Of a stretch of 64,000 nt of DNA, positions 22,326 to 32,347 are shown one piece after another. Source of the stretch: an uncultured Planctomycetota bacterium (GTDB lineage: Bacteria > Planctomycetota > Planctomycetia > Isosphaerales > Isosphaeraceae). How positions within the stretch are numbered: the first letter of the stretch is position 1; each line of letters opens with the position of its first letter. The stretch lies in NCBI GenBank assembly GCA_963845755.1, contig CAWJTV010000005.1:384001-448000 (forward strand). Reading direction: 5' to 3'. Position numbers and translations under genes: made by a program. A model generated the notes under the pieces. It saw only the letters and a program-made list of their open reading frames with translations. It made no database searches and was not told where the DNA came from.

Positions 22326-22775
22326 TCAGGGTTTAGACGTTCTCGGAATCTCGTCGGCTTCCGACACGGGAATGGTCAGTTCATCGATGACCTTCGTGAC
22401 GCCCACAGTCTCAGCGGCCAGTGTCACGGCCTTGGTCTTCGCGGCCTTGCTCGGCACCGCACCCCGCAGCGTCACGACCCCGTCTTCGACCTTCAATGTC
22501 AGGGTGCTGGAGTGGAGCGCCTTGTCCCAGTGGAGTCGCCCGTACACACGCGAAATGACTCCCATGCTGTGGACCGAATCGCGTGTCTTGTGAAATCCCT
22601 CGCGAACGGCGTCCTCGGCCTTCTCTAGACCCCTCCTGATCTTTCGGCCGACCTCGTCGAGTTTCTCCCCGGCACGTGCGGCAGCTCCGTCCTGCTGGGC
22701 ACCGGCCATCCCGACCCAGGTTGCCAGCCCGAGTGCAAGCGACGCCACAACAGCGATCCCATAAACTCTTCGCAT
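22326..22775 (-). CDS. BON domain protein
   Basis: Signal/TM segment, then RLHWDKAL...KVEDGVVTLRGAV...AAETVGVTKVIDEL. Confidence 0.85.
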   Translation of the reverse strand: MRRVYGIAVVASLALGLATWVGMAGAQQDGAAARAGEKLDEVGRKIRRGLEKAEDAVREGFHKTRDSVHSMGVISRVYGRLHWDKALHSSTLTLKVEDGVVTLRGAVPSKAAKTKAVTLAAETVGVTKVIDELTIPVSEADEIPRTSKP

Positions 22776-23302
22776 GGCACCAAATCCTCCGTTCTTGGTC
22801 CCGGATGCCAATCTCCCCATCCAGATCTTCTCCCAGTCTACCCACTGCAGAAGCCGAATCCGAGCCCCAAACGCGCGATGCTACTGTACTTGTGAATTCA
22901 CTCAGGCAATGATTCTCGCTGACTGTCTTTATAACGACACTCACTGCAAATTCGGGTCCAAGTAGATCCTGACCACCTATCTCCCCGACCAAGCCTATCA
23001 GACAGAATGTCTGAGAGCCTCACGATGACACAGTCTTGTTGGGATGTTCCGTGCGATTCATGCCTCCGCGTTCGATTTGCGATCGTGGACCTGGGAGCAT
23101 CAGCACGATTCTGAACAGACGTTTAGAATGTGATGCATTCGAGATTTGTTGCTTGGATGCACTAGGCGCTGCTGCCCAGGATCTGTTATTTTTTAATGCA
23201 GTGATCCAAGGACGTGTAGAGGGAACCCACGGGGTTCGAACGTCTGATGTCGCCGGCTGCGGCGTCTACACGACCATCGCATCAGCCATCCAGGAGAACT
23301 CC

Positions 23303-23614
23303 ATGTTACCATCCGTCAGTCCGACGCCCGATGGCCGGCCAACCGAGACCTCTGAAGTGAGGCCGGCGCGGACTTCCCATCAGAAGGGCGGCTACACCGA
23401 TCACGCAACTCGCCGAATCACCGTACATCTTCGGCCCGATGACGAACGGAACCTGGAAAACATCCGCCATGCGCTCTCGCCGCTGATGCCAGTCGCCGTA
23501 TCGGACGCCGACGCAGTCCGGTACGCGATTCAACAGACGGCCGATCGTCTGACGGGCCGGTTACACATTGCCCGCACCGACCGAGACAAAGAGCCACTCG
23601 ACATCCAGGGATGA
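23303..23614 (+). CDS. Small protein, possible ribbon-helix-helix DNA-binding domain
   Basis: AGGAG RBS; TRRITVHLRPDDERNLENIR...VSDADAVRYAI fits a beta-alpha-alpha RHH pattern. Confidence 0.45.
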   Translation: MLPSVSPTPDGRPTETSEVRPARTSHQKGGYTDHATRRITVHLRPDDERNLENIRHALSPLMPVAVSDADAVRYAIQQTADRLTGRLHIARTDRDKEPLDIQG

Positions 23615-23858
23615 CGGACTACCACGGAGCCACCCGGCCGTTGACACGCAGCCTCTGGGCCAACCGGCCTGTCCCTAATGATGATCCGCCTACGGGCCGC
23701 CTTGGAATCGTACCTCCGGTCGCTCGAGGCGAGCGTGGCGGATGGACGCCCGTACGCTCGTCGGCGGGAACGGGAGCGACTCCCTGGCACGGGGCCGCGT
23801 CATGAGAGAGAATATCCCGGTCGTCTCGATCAGGATTGAACCGACCGGGAGTCCCAGC

Positions 23859-25307
23859 ATGATGAAGCGGTTGCCTCTCTTGATTCTCGTCGCCGAATGC
23901 CTTCTTGTCCCGATGGCGATGGCGGCAGACAACACTGCGCCCCAGGGTTTTGTCTCCCTCTTCAACGGCAGAGACCTGGCCGGATGGAAGGCGCCCGATG
24001 GCGATCATGGTCACTGGAAGGTCGTCGAGGGCGCGATTGACTACGACGCCCAGAGCGAGGCGACGGGCGAGAAGTCATTGTGGAGCGATCACGAGTATCG
24101 CGACTTCGTCTTGCAAGTCGATTGGCGAATCAAGGAAGCGCCATATATCAATAGAAATGTTGCCTACATCCTGCCGGATGGCACACACGCCAAGGACATC
24201 CGGGGCAAGGAAATGCGGTTGGCGTTGCCGGACGCGGATTCCGGCGTCTTCCTCCGAGGAGATGGGTGGTTTCAGGCCAACATCTGGTGCTGGCCCATCG
24301 GGTCGGGGGAGATGTACAGCGTTCGAATGGACCCCAAGACGCCTCCCGACGTTCGAGCCGCCGTCACCCCGCGAACTCGGGCCGACAAGCCGGTCGGTGA
24401 GTGGAACCATTTCGAGATCACGGTCAAGGGCAAGACCGTCAAGATAACGCTGAACGGAATCACCGTCATCCCCGGTGCCACGATTCCTGATCTTCCTCCC
24501 CATGGGCGCCTCGCTCTGCAACACCACGGAGGAAAGAGCAAAGCCGGCGACTGGACCGGACCGCCCAGCCTTGTCCAGTTCAAGAACATTTATATCAAAG
24601 AACTTCCCACTGCCGACGCGTCCGTTGGGCCGATCGACCGCGACCGTTCCGGGCCCGGGTCCGACGGGGTTCGCGGCCTGTTGATCACCGGCGGTCACGA
24701 ACACGAGACCTCGTTCTACTCGCTCTTTGACGGGTACCACGATCTGGCCCGTTTGCCCGTGATGGGCAGCGACTCGGCGTTTCAGAACGATTTGCGAAGC
24801 AAGTACGACGTTCTGATCCTCTACGACTTCTCCCGCGATTTGAATGAGACCGGCAAGAAGAACCTGCGCGATTTCGTTGCGAGTGGAAAAGGGATCGTCG
24901 TCCTGCATCACGCGCTGCTCGACTACCCGGATTGGTCCTGGTGGTCGGACGACGTGGTCGGCGGTCGTTATCGCCTGAAGCGGGAGGGAAAGATCCCCTC
25001 TTCCACCGTCAAGAACGACCAGCCGATCGATGTCACACCCGGCGCAGAACACCCGATCACAGCCGGGATCGGTTCCTTTCACGTGGTCAACGAGACGTAC
25101 AAGGGGATGTATCTCTCGCCCCGAATCCGGCCCCTCCTGACCACTGACAATCCCAGTAGCGACCGTTTCGTGGCATGGATCGGTCCCTGTGCGACCTCGC
25201 GTGTGGTCGCCATTCAGTTGGGCCACGGACCTTCGATCTTCGCCCATCCCTCTTACCGGGCACTGGTACACAAGGCCATCCTGTGGTCAGCGGGCCGAAT
25301 CCCTTGA
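23859..25307 (+). CDS. Secreted DUF1080 (3-keto-disaccharide hydrolase-like) plus ThuA-like domain fusion
   Basis: Signal peptide; GFVSLFNGRDLAGW, DSGVFLR, GEWNHFEITV, LQHHG and FKNIYIKEL (DUF1080); then LLITGGHEH, GKGIVVLHH, HPITAG and QLGH (ThuA). Confidence 0.85.
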   Translation: MMKRLPLLILVAECLLVPMAMAADNTAPQGFVSLFNGRDLAGWKAPDGDHGHWKVVEGAIDYDAQSEATGEKSLWSDHEYRDFVLQVDWRIKEAPYINRNVAYILPDGTHAKDIRGKEMRLALPDADSGVFLRGDGWFQANIWCWPIGSGEMYSVRMDPKTPPDVRAAVTPRTRADKPVGEWNHFEITVKGKTVKITLNGITVIPGATIPDLPPHGRLALQHHGGKSKAGDWTGPPSLVQFKNIYIKELPTADASVGPIDRDRSGPGSDGVRGLLITGGHEHETSFYSLFDGYHDLARLPVMGSDSAFQNDLRSKYDVLILYDFSRDLNETGKKNLRDFVASGKGIVVLHHALLDYPDWSWWSDDVVGGRYRLKREGKIPSSTVKNDQPIDVTPGAEHPITAGIGSFHVVNETYKGMYLSPRIRPLLTTDNPSSDRFVAWIGPCATSRVVAIQLGHGPSIFAHPSYRALVHKAILWSAGRIP

Positions 25308-25340
25308 CTCCATGAGTTCAACCCGAGCTGGGAGGCGATC

Positions 25341-26210
25341 GTGAGAGTATTCAAGTACATCCTGGTCGTGTCCGTGAGCCTAGTCATGGCGAACACGACC
25401 TTCGCGCAGGAAAAGCCGCGGCGCCTGCTGATCGTCGGCCAGAGCAAGGGCTATCAGCACGAGTCGATTTCCACGGCGATGGCCACTCTTTACCACCTGG
25501 GGCGGGCCACAGGCCGTTGGGATACCGTGTTCCGGACCGACTGCACCGCAATCACCAAGAAGCCCCTGAAGTGGGGGGCCAAGAATCTGGATGCCTTCGA
25601 CGCGGTTGTCTTCTTCACCGACGGCAACCTGGATATGGACGACTCACAGAAGGCCGACCTGGTGTCGTTCATCCGCGATGATGGCAAGGGGTTCATCGGC
25701 ATCCATAGCGCGGCCATCACGTTCCTCGCCTGGCCGGAATATGGCCGGATGCTCGGTGGCTACTTCGATGGCCACCCCTGGGGCGAGTTCGATGCACCGC
25801 TGATCGTGGAGGATCCTCGGTTCCCCGGCATGGCACACTTGCCCGGGACATTTACTCTCAAGGACGAGATTTATCAGATCAAGGATTTCTCGCGAGATCA
25901 CGTCCGTGTACTGATGCGCCTCGATGCCAGCAAGATCGACCTGTCCCGACGAGGAGTGCATCGCAAGGATGAGGACTTCGCGGTGATCTGGGCGCGAAAC
26001 TACGGCAAGGGCCGAGTCCTCTACAACGGACTGGGACATAGCCGCGAGGTTTGGGAACGATCCGATATCCAGAAGATGTGGGTCGAGATGGTGGAGTGGT
26101 CCATGGGCATCATCGCGGGAGACGCCACGCCGAGACCTGCACCAGCGAGGTCGCAGTCGCAGGCTTCCACACCGGCCCAGGTGGAACGGATCAATAAAGC
26201 TCGTCCCTGA
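25341..26210 (+). CDS. Secreted ThuA-like domain protein
   Basis: Signal peptide; KGYQHESI, GKGFIGIHSA, LGGYFDGHPW, DEIYQ and YGKGRVLYNGLGH. Confidence 0.85.
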   Translation: MRVFKYILVVSVSLVMANTTFAQEKPRRLLIVGQSKGYQHESISTAMATLYHLGRATGRWDTVFRTDCTAITKKPLKWGAKNLDAFDAVVFFTDGNLDMDDSQKADLVSFIRDDGKGFIGIHSAAITFLAWPEYGRMLGGYFDGHPWGEFDAPLIVEDPRFPGMAHLPGTFTLKDEIYQIKDFSRDHVRVLMRLDASKIDLSRRGVHRKDEDFAVIWARNYGKGRVLYNGLGHSREVWERSDIQKMWVEMVEWSMGIIAGDATPRPAPARSQSQASTPAQVERINKARP

Positions 26211-26502
26211 GCAGGAAGGCCAGTGGACGAACTCGGACATGACTCGTCGGGAACTCGAGGCGGTCGAACGTAGCACGATCCTCTGCGATTCTGCCGAAAC
26301 CGGGATTATGTCGAATGGCTCGGATTGGCGGCTGAACCGCGGTGCTCCGGCCATGCGGTGTTCGCCATAAGCCTGATGGATTATGGCATCAGCCTGGACA
26401 TCCGACAGTAGTTCAGGTTGAGTTCCCGCTCCCGACCTCATTGCGGACCACCCCGCGTCATGTTTCGTAAAGCAGGTCTTTGTCCAGGGGAAGATACTTC
26501 GG

Positions 26503-27304
26503 ATGGTTCAGTTCGGAATCGATCGCAGTTTTGGCCGCAGAGCATTCGGATCCGATCCCGCGAGCTACCATTCTGTTCGACCGCAGTATCCGGACTGGGT
26601 TTATACGACATTGGTCGAACGATGCGGTCTAGCCGACGGAAAGACTCTGTTCGAAATTGGGCCAGGGACCGGAACCGCCACCGGCCGACTGCTTGACCTT
26701 GGTGCGAGACCTTTAATCGCCATCGAACCAGACCCGAGCCTGTCTGCATACCTTCGCAAGAATAACTGGGACGCAGGCGCTCCAGGTGATGGTTTCGACC
26801 TTCGAGGAAGCGGCGCTGGACGAATCGGCCTTCGACCTCGGTTTCTGCGCCACGGCCTTTCATTGGCTTGAGGAAGATTCTGCCCTCGCGAAAGATGCAC
26901 GCCTTCTTCGGTCCGGGGGCTGGTGGGCGATGGTCTGGAACGTGTTCGGCGACAGCAGACGTCCAGATCCGTTTCACGAGGCGACAAAGCTGCTCCTTGC
27001 TGGGCCACGCGGGCCTTCAGCCGGGATTCATGGCATCCCATTCGCATTGGACTGCACGGCGCGTGTCGAGGCGCTCAGGCGAACCGGCGCCTTTGATCTC
27101 ATCGAGCATCGAAGCCACGCCTGGATGCTGGAGCTCGATGCCGACCAGACGGTGGCCCTGTACGCGACGTTCTCAGAGATCAACGCTCGCCAAGATCGGC
27201 AGACGGTTCTCACCGAATTGAGGCGCATTGCCCACGATGAATTCCAGGATCGCGTCACTCGAAATATGACGACTAGCCTTTATATCGCGCGGCGTTGTGC
27301 ATAA
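26503..27304 (+). CDS. Class I SAM-dependent methyltransferase, frameshift ~26775
   Basis: YHSVRPQYP and LFEIGPGTGTAT (motif I), continuing in another frame as TFEEAAL...ATAFHWL...LLRSGGWWAMVWN. Confidence 0.8.
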
Positions 27305-27399
27305 TTACAAATCTGGATGCTAAAATTCCATCCATTGAGGAAACTCAAGTCGAGACGTTTCCCATACCGCGCGGCAGCCTTGGCTTCCCAACGACCCGG

Positions 27400-27628
27400 T
27401 TCTTCCGCCTGGCTCGCGGGTTGCGGCGTCAAAGGAGTGCAGGCATATGGAGCGACTGACGACTTCGGTTATGAGGCCGTCGAGAACCCGGTGCACGTCG
27501 ATGATTTGCACGCCGCCATCCTGCACCTGATGGGATTCGATCATACCCTCTTGACGTTCTTCCACGGCGGTCGGAAGATGCGACTCACCGAACTTCACGG
27601 CCGAGTTGTACGGGACCTCCTGGCCTGA
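27400..27628 (+). pseudogene. DUF1501 C-terminal remnant
   Basis: AWLAGCGVKG..YGATDDFGYEAVENPVHVDDLHAAILHLMGFDHTLLTFFHGGRKMRLT matches only the DUF1501 C-terminus; the rest is absent. Confidence 0.75.
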
Positions 27629-27660
27629 TCCGGCGGATCAACAAAATAAGGTTTGAAATT

Positions 27661-28704
27661 GTGATCATCTCCCACAATCGGCTCGAACAAATCGTCAACG
27701 ATGTCTTTGCCGCGGCGGGATCCGGACCGGCGGAGCACCGGCGAATCGCGCACTACCTCGTCGAATCCAACCTCGTCGGGCACGACTCGCACGGCGTGAT
27801 TCGGGTTCCAACCTACATTGAGTGGCTACGCACGGGGAAGGTCCTGGCGAACCAGTCGCTCGAGACCGTGTTCGAGAACGAGACAATCCTTGTGGCGGAC
27901 GGCCGGTTCGGCTTCGGCCAGGTGATGGGTGAGGAGGCGATGCGACTGGGCATCAACAAAGTCGGGCGTCAAGGCGTGGCCGTGGTGGCACTACGGAACT
28001 CGGGCCACCTGGGCCGGATCGGCGACTGGGCTGAGATGGCAGCTAGGGCCGACAAGGTCTCGCTACACTTCGTCAATACGAGCGGCGGAGGGATTCTCGT
28101 CGCCCCGTTCGGGGGAACGCAGCGCCGGCTGTCGGCCAATCCGATCGCGGCGGGTATCCCCGTTCCGAATGGGGCTCCGATCATCGTAGACATCTCGACG
28201 TGCACAATCGCGGAGGGGAAGATCAAGGTGGCCTTCAATAAAGGAGCGACCGTCCCCGAAGGCTGCATCCTCGACGGCCAGGGGCAGCCAACCAACGATC
28301 CCAAGTCATTTTATGCGTCTCCCCCGGGCGCGATTCTTCCCTTCGGCGGTCACAAGGGCTTTGGCCTGAGCATCCTCGCCGAGGTGTTCGCCGGAGCTCT
28401 CACCGGCGGTGCGTGCAGCCACTTCGGCGTCGACCGTGTCTCCAACAACATGTTGAGCATCCTCCTCGACCCCGCCGTCTTCCCGACGTTCGATGGCTAT
28501 TCGAAGGAGCTTCTGGACTTCATCCATCATGTCAAGAATTCGAGAACCGTGACGCCCGACGGCGAGGTCCTCATGCCTGGTGAGCCCGAGACGCGCAGCC
28601 GTGCCCAGAGGCTACGCGACGGAATCGACCTCGACGACACCACCTGGGGACAGATCACGGCCACGGCTCGGTCGCTTGGTGTCGCGGTTGAGCCTACTTC
28701 ATAA
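27661..28704 (+). CDS. Ldh_2 family (malate/L-lactate/ureidoglycolate) dehydrogenase, YbiC/HcxB-like
   Basis: GHDSHGVIR, DGRFGFGQV, RNSGHLGRIG, LSANPI, PFGGHKGFGL and MPGEPE. Confidence 0.9.
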   Translation: MIISHNRLEQIVNDVFAAAGSGPAEHRRIAHYLVESNLVGHDSHGVIRVPTYIEWLRTGKVLANQSLETVFENETILVADGRFGFGQVMGEEAMRLGINKVGRQGVAVVALRNSGHLGRIGDWAEMAARADKVSLHFVNTSGGGILVAPFGGTQRRLSANPIAAGIPVPNGAPIIVDISTCTIAEGKIKVAFNKGATVPEGCILDGQGQPTNDPKSFYASPPGAILPFGGHKGFGLSILAEVFAGALTGGACSHFGVDRVSNNMLSILLDPAVFPTFDGYSKELLDFIHHVKNSRTVTPDGEVLMPGEPETRSRAQRLRDGIDLDDTTWGQITATARSLGVAVEPTS

Positions 28705-28757
28705 TGGTTATCATATTTGTATACATAAATCTGTAAATCTATTTTATCGAGGGATTC

Positions 28758-29513
28758 ATGTCAGACGCTTTTGAAGATCGCGTGGCCCTGGTCACCGGCG
28801 GATCTCGCGGCATCGGCCGATCGACGGCGATACGACTGGCCCGCGAGGGTGCGGACGTGGCCATCAGCTTCGCTTCTCGATCACGCGAGGCTGAGCAAGT
28901 AGTCAACGAGATCATCTCCCTGGGTCGCAAGGCGATCTGCGTCCCCTGCAAGGTGGCGAAGCCCGACGAGGTGGCTCGCCTAGTCTCGCAAGTCCGAGAG
29001 CATCTGGGACCGATCGACCTGCTCGCCCATTGCGGAGCGATCAGCAACCTCTGCGACCATACTACACTGACCTACGATCTCTGGCTCGAGACGATCGACG
29101 TGAATCTCAACGGAGCGTTTCTGATCGTCTTCGCGGTCAAAGACGAGATGATCGCGCGCCAATTCGGTCGAATCGTGATGGTCTCGTCCGTTGCGGCGCT
29201 GAGGCCAAGAAAGATGCAGATCCATTATGCCTCGTCCAAGGCGGGTGTCATTGCCCTGACGCGCTGCTGTGGTGAGGCATTTGCGTTGCATAACGTCCGA
29301 ATCAACTGCGTGGCTCCCGGCCTGATCGAGACCGAGATGGCCCGAGTAGTCCCCGACGAGGCGATGCAGCGCATCGTGGCCGATACACCCATGCGCCGGA
29401 TCGGTCAGCCGGAGGAAATCGCATCCGTCATCCGCTTCCTTCTGAGCGAAGAATCCAGCTTCATGACCGGTGAAACCATCGCCGCTAGCGGAGGACGGGT
29501 GACGCTGCCTTGA
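28758..29513 (+). CDS. SDR family oxidoreductase (FabG-like)
   Basis: TGGSRGIG, YASSK and NCVAPGLIET. Confidence 0.9.
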   Translation: MSDAFEDRVALVTGGSRGIGRSTAIRLAREGADVAISFASRSREAEQVVNEIISLGRKAICVPCKVAKPDEVARLVSQVREHLGPIDLLAHCGAISNLCDHTTLTYDLWLETIDVNLNGAFLIVFAVKDEMIARQFGRIVMVSSVAALRPRKMQIHYASSKAGVIALTRCCGEAFALHNVRINCVAPGLIETEMARVVPDEAMQRIVADTPMRRIGQPEEIASVIRFLLSEESSFMTGETIAASGGRVTLP

Positions 29514-29878
29514 TTGTGGAAGTCGATCGAGCGTCCGGCGGCTCAGGACTCGGGTACGGCCAGTCCTTCTGGATCGAGTTCGTTCCGACGGATCCGAAGT
29601 CTCTTGCGGTCCTTACACGATGGAACATCAGACAGGGGTCCTTGTGTGGTCTACACCCCATTTCTGCTGGAGTTCATTCCAGGCACTAGCCGGTTGTGAA
29701 ACGTGAGGATGAGATCGACAGTGCATCCCGCCTGGGCGGCAAGGTCCGCGTCGATGCCGCAGATGGCAAGAACGAAGGAATCGAAGGTCAGCCCGCTGGA
29801 CGCTGCCGGACATTTGCTGGGTTTGCTCAGGAGCGGGACCGAGGATCCAGCACGGGCCACGATCGACGCGATCAGTCG

Positions 29879-30784
29879 TCATTTGGGAGTATCATCCTTC
29901 TTCGTTCGTTTGGAGATAAAGACGAGGAATCGACCATCCGACGATGGACAGGGTGAGGAAGCGTCTTCGAACTGGGAGAACAACTGGGCCGGAGGCTCAT
30001 CCGGCCTCGCCGCCGAGAGCTTTACCATGACGTCGTCTGCGATGAAGCCGTTTGCGACCACGGCCTTCCCGTCGGGCATCCAGTTCGCACGATACCATCC
30101 GATTCCCAGCCTCTTCGTTTCGTCCGTTTGCAGGTCCAACACGCGGATTTCGGGAGGATTGTCCCCTTCGCGGAAGCAACAGGCGATCTTCTTCCCATCG
30201 GGCGACCAGCTCGGACAATCCCCTTGAGCAATGCCCTTGTCGCCCTTCCCATCCGCATTGCAAATGAAGACGACAGCCCCCACCTTCGCACCCCCGCCGG
30301 CTAATCCGCCACGGGAAAAGGCAATTTGCTTGCCATCCGGGGACCACTCCGGCCAGCGTCCAGGCCGAAGCTTCTGCTCGCCGGTCCCGTCCGACTTGAT
30401 GACGTAGATGTCGGCCTCCTGGTTCGGCTCGTTCTCGCTGCCCCGGATAAAGAGGAGCCGTTTCCCATCCGGCGACCAGCGAGGCGTCGCCCCATTCGTC
30501 AGCTTCTTCAACCCCGTCCCGTCACGGCGGGTGATCCAGACCTCAGGGCGGCTATTATTATATCCCTCCTTGTAGGCATCGAAGGCGACCCAGAGGCCGT
30601 CGCGAGAGAAGCAGGGCGACCCGAGCTCGCTGTAGCCCGGCATCACGATCCAGTACCCCTTCTCGTCCGGATCCATCGGCTGGACCCGGATGGTGTGCGG
30701 TGTGATCGCCAGTTCCTGAGCACAAGTCATCCCGGTGGACAGCATGCTAATCAGGATGATGGGGAGACATCGAATTCGCGTCAT
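29879..30784 (-). CDS. Secreted TolB-like/PD40 beta-propeller protein
   Basis: Signal peptide and repeated PxWSPDGK motifs. Confidence 0.85.
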   Translation of the reverse strand: MTRIRCLPIILISMLSTGMTCAQELAITPHTIRVQPMDPDEKGYWIVMPGYSELGSPCFSRDGLWVAFDAYKEGYNNSRPEVWITRRDGTGLKKLTNGATPRWSPDGKRLLFIRGSENEPNQEADIYVIKSDGTGEQKLRPGRWPEWSPDGKQIAFSRGGLAGGGAKVGAVVFICNADGKGDKGIAQGDCPSWSPDGKKIACCFREGDNPPEIRVLDLQTDETKRLGIGWYRANWMPDGKAVVANGFIADDVMVKLSAARPDEPPAQLFSQFEDASSPCPSSDGRFLVFISKRTKKDDTPK

Positions 30785-31094
30785 GGAATAGGCTCCGAGT
30801 TCAAGAGAGAACCGTCGTCGTTTAGCCAGTCTCAAACATGCGAGATCCGGGGGCAGCGCGGGCAGGGACGTCCGGTGGCGCCGCCCTTTGCCTCGATTCT
30901 CGGTCGATCAGTGACCGCTTCGCATGCTCGACGATTTTCGCGATGGCTTCGGACTTCCGACTCTCCTGCCACCGTGCGTCGAGTTGCGTCCGGGGGTTCG
31001 TCAGGTTGAACGAGCCATTTTCATGGACGTATACTCCTGACCTGATCTATAGTGCGTGCAACGATCGTAACTAGCGAGTCGCCTGCGAAGTGCC

Positions 31095-32018
31095 CTACCG
31101 CTTCGATTGGTCCTGGGATTCGACGAGTTCTTGCACTGTTCGCCGTAGCAACACCTCGCCGCCGAAGGTCATGCCCAATGCCCGGATCTTACCCGTCTCG
31201 ATCTGATTCTTCGGCCCGCGGTTGAGGTCGGCGACCTCGCTCCGGCTCCCAGTCAACTCCTTCGCAATCCTCGCCACCTCCTGCTCGGCAACATAGCAGT
31301 CGTAGCAGTTGAATGCCTGGCCGGCGATCTTCTTCGCGTCGGCATTCAACAGCAATTCGATGGCTTGGGCGACGTCGGCGGCGTGGACCTCCTTGCCGCC
31401 CTTCTGCGAGGTCACCGGCTCGCCACGTACGACCTGGCCTACGAGGTCATACCAGCGGCTGGCCTGGGCCGGATGAGCCAGGCCGTAGATGCCGGTCGGC
31501 CGTAGGGCACAAATGGGCCAGCCCTGTCCAAGGCCATAGCTGTGGACGAATGCCTCCAGCGCAGCCTTGTGCGCCCCGTAGTGGCTGGTCGGCCAGAGCG
31601 GATGAGTCTCGTCCAGCGGCCGATTGTCCATAATCACCTCATGGACGGCGCAGGTGGAGAGGAACACGAATCGTGGCACTCTGGCCTCGAAGGCAGTCTG
31701 GAAAAGTTGCAGTGAGCCGGTCAGATTGACGCCTAAGAACACGCCGGGTGCACCGTGACTGCCGCGGACCCGAGTGCGCCGGCCTTCCCACTCGACGGCC
31801 GCGTGGACGATAGAGTCTACACCCTGGACCAGCTCGCTGACCGACGACTCATCGCCGAGCGAGCCCGGCAGCCACTCGATGGCTTCAGCCTGCGACTCGA
31901 AACCGCTGCGATCGCTGCCCGGCCGATACCAGCAGCGAAGGTGATGGCCTCCGCCCGCCAGGCGACGCACCAGGTAGCGACCAAGGAGGCCCGTTGCACC
32001 GGTGATGGCGACGCGCAT
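31095..32018 (-). CDS. NAD-dependent epimerase/dehydratase
   Basis: MRVAITGATGLLG, YGAHK and LRPTGIYG. Confidence 0.88.
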   Translation of the reverse strand: MRVAITGATGLLGRYLVRRLAGGGHHLRCWYRPGSDRSGFESQAEAIEWLPGSLGDESSVSELVQGVDSIVHAAVEWEGRRTRVRGSHGAPGVFLGVNLTGSLQLFQTAFEARVPRFVFLSTCAVHEVIMDNRPLDETHPLWPTSHYGAHKAALEAFVHSYGLGQGWPICALRPTGIYGLAHPAQASRWYDLVGQVVRGEPVTSQKGGKEVHAADVAQAIELLLNADAKKIAGQAFNCYDCYVAEQEVARIAKELTGSRSEVADLNRGPKNQIETGKIRALGMTFGGEVLLRRTVQELVESQDQSKR

Positions 32019-32347
32019 GCTGGCCTCCGCAATACAGACGGGAATCCAAAGACTCCCCGACTCATTATAAAATGATTGAAGGGGAAGCGGCTCGATAGCG
32101 GTCTCCAAAGACCATCCTGTCCGATTCAGTCGTCTCCTGTGATCAGTGCGGTCGGAAGACACCGCACGGTTCGCGGTCCGTCCTCGATGTATTCGAGTCC
32201 GCGTATCATCGCATAAGGATCGATGTGGCGACCGTCCTCCCGCTAGATTCTGTCCCCTCTTAACGTTAGGATATTCTGGCATTCGCCGTCCGGCAATCCC
32301 ATGAAGGACACGGTCTCATCTCGGGCTCGATTTCAGGAGAGTTCACC

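Noticed and set aside
23233..23240. GGTTCGAA, resembling a tRNA T-loop
   Set aside because: No T-stem pairing and no cloverleaf around it.
26325..26395. Fluoride-riboswitch-like words (GGTGTTCGCCATAA...CTGATG)
   Set aside because: The 5' GGnGAUG element and pseudoknot partner are missing, and the downstream gene is not fluoride related.
28716..28727. TGTATACA palindrome as a GntR-type operator
   Set aside because: Single 8-bp occurrence and no cognate regulator in the window; too weak to call.
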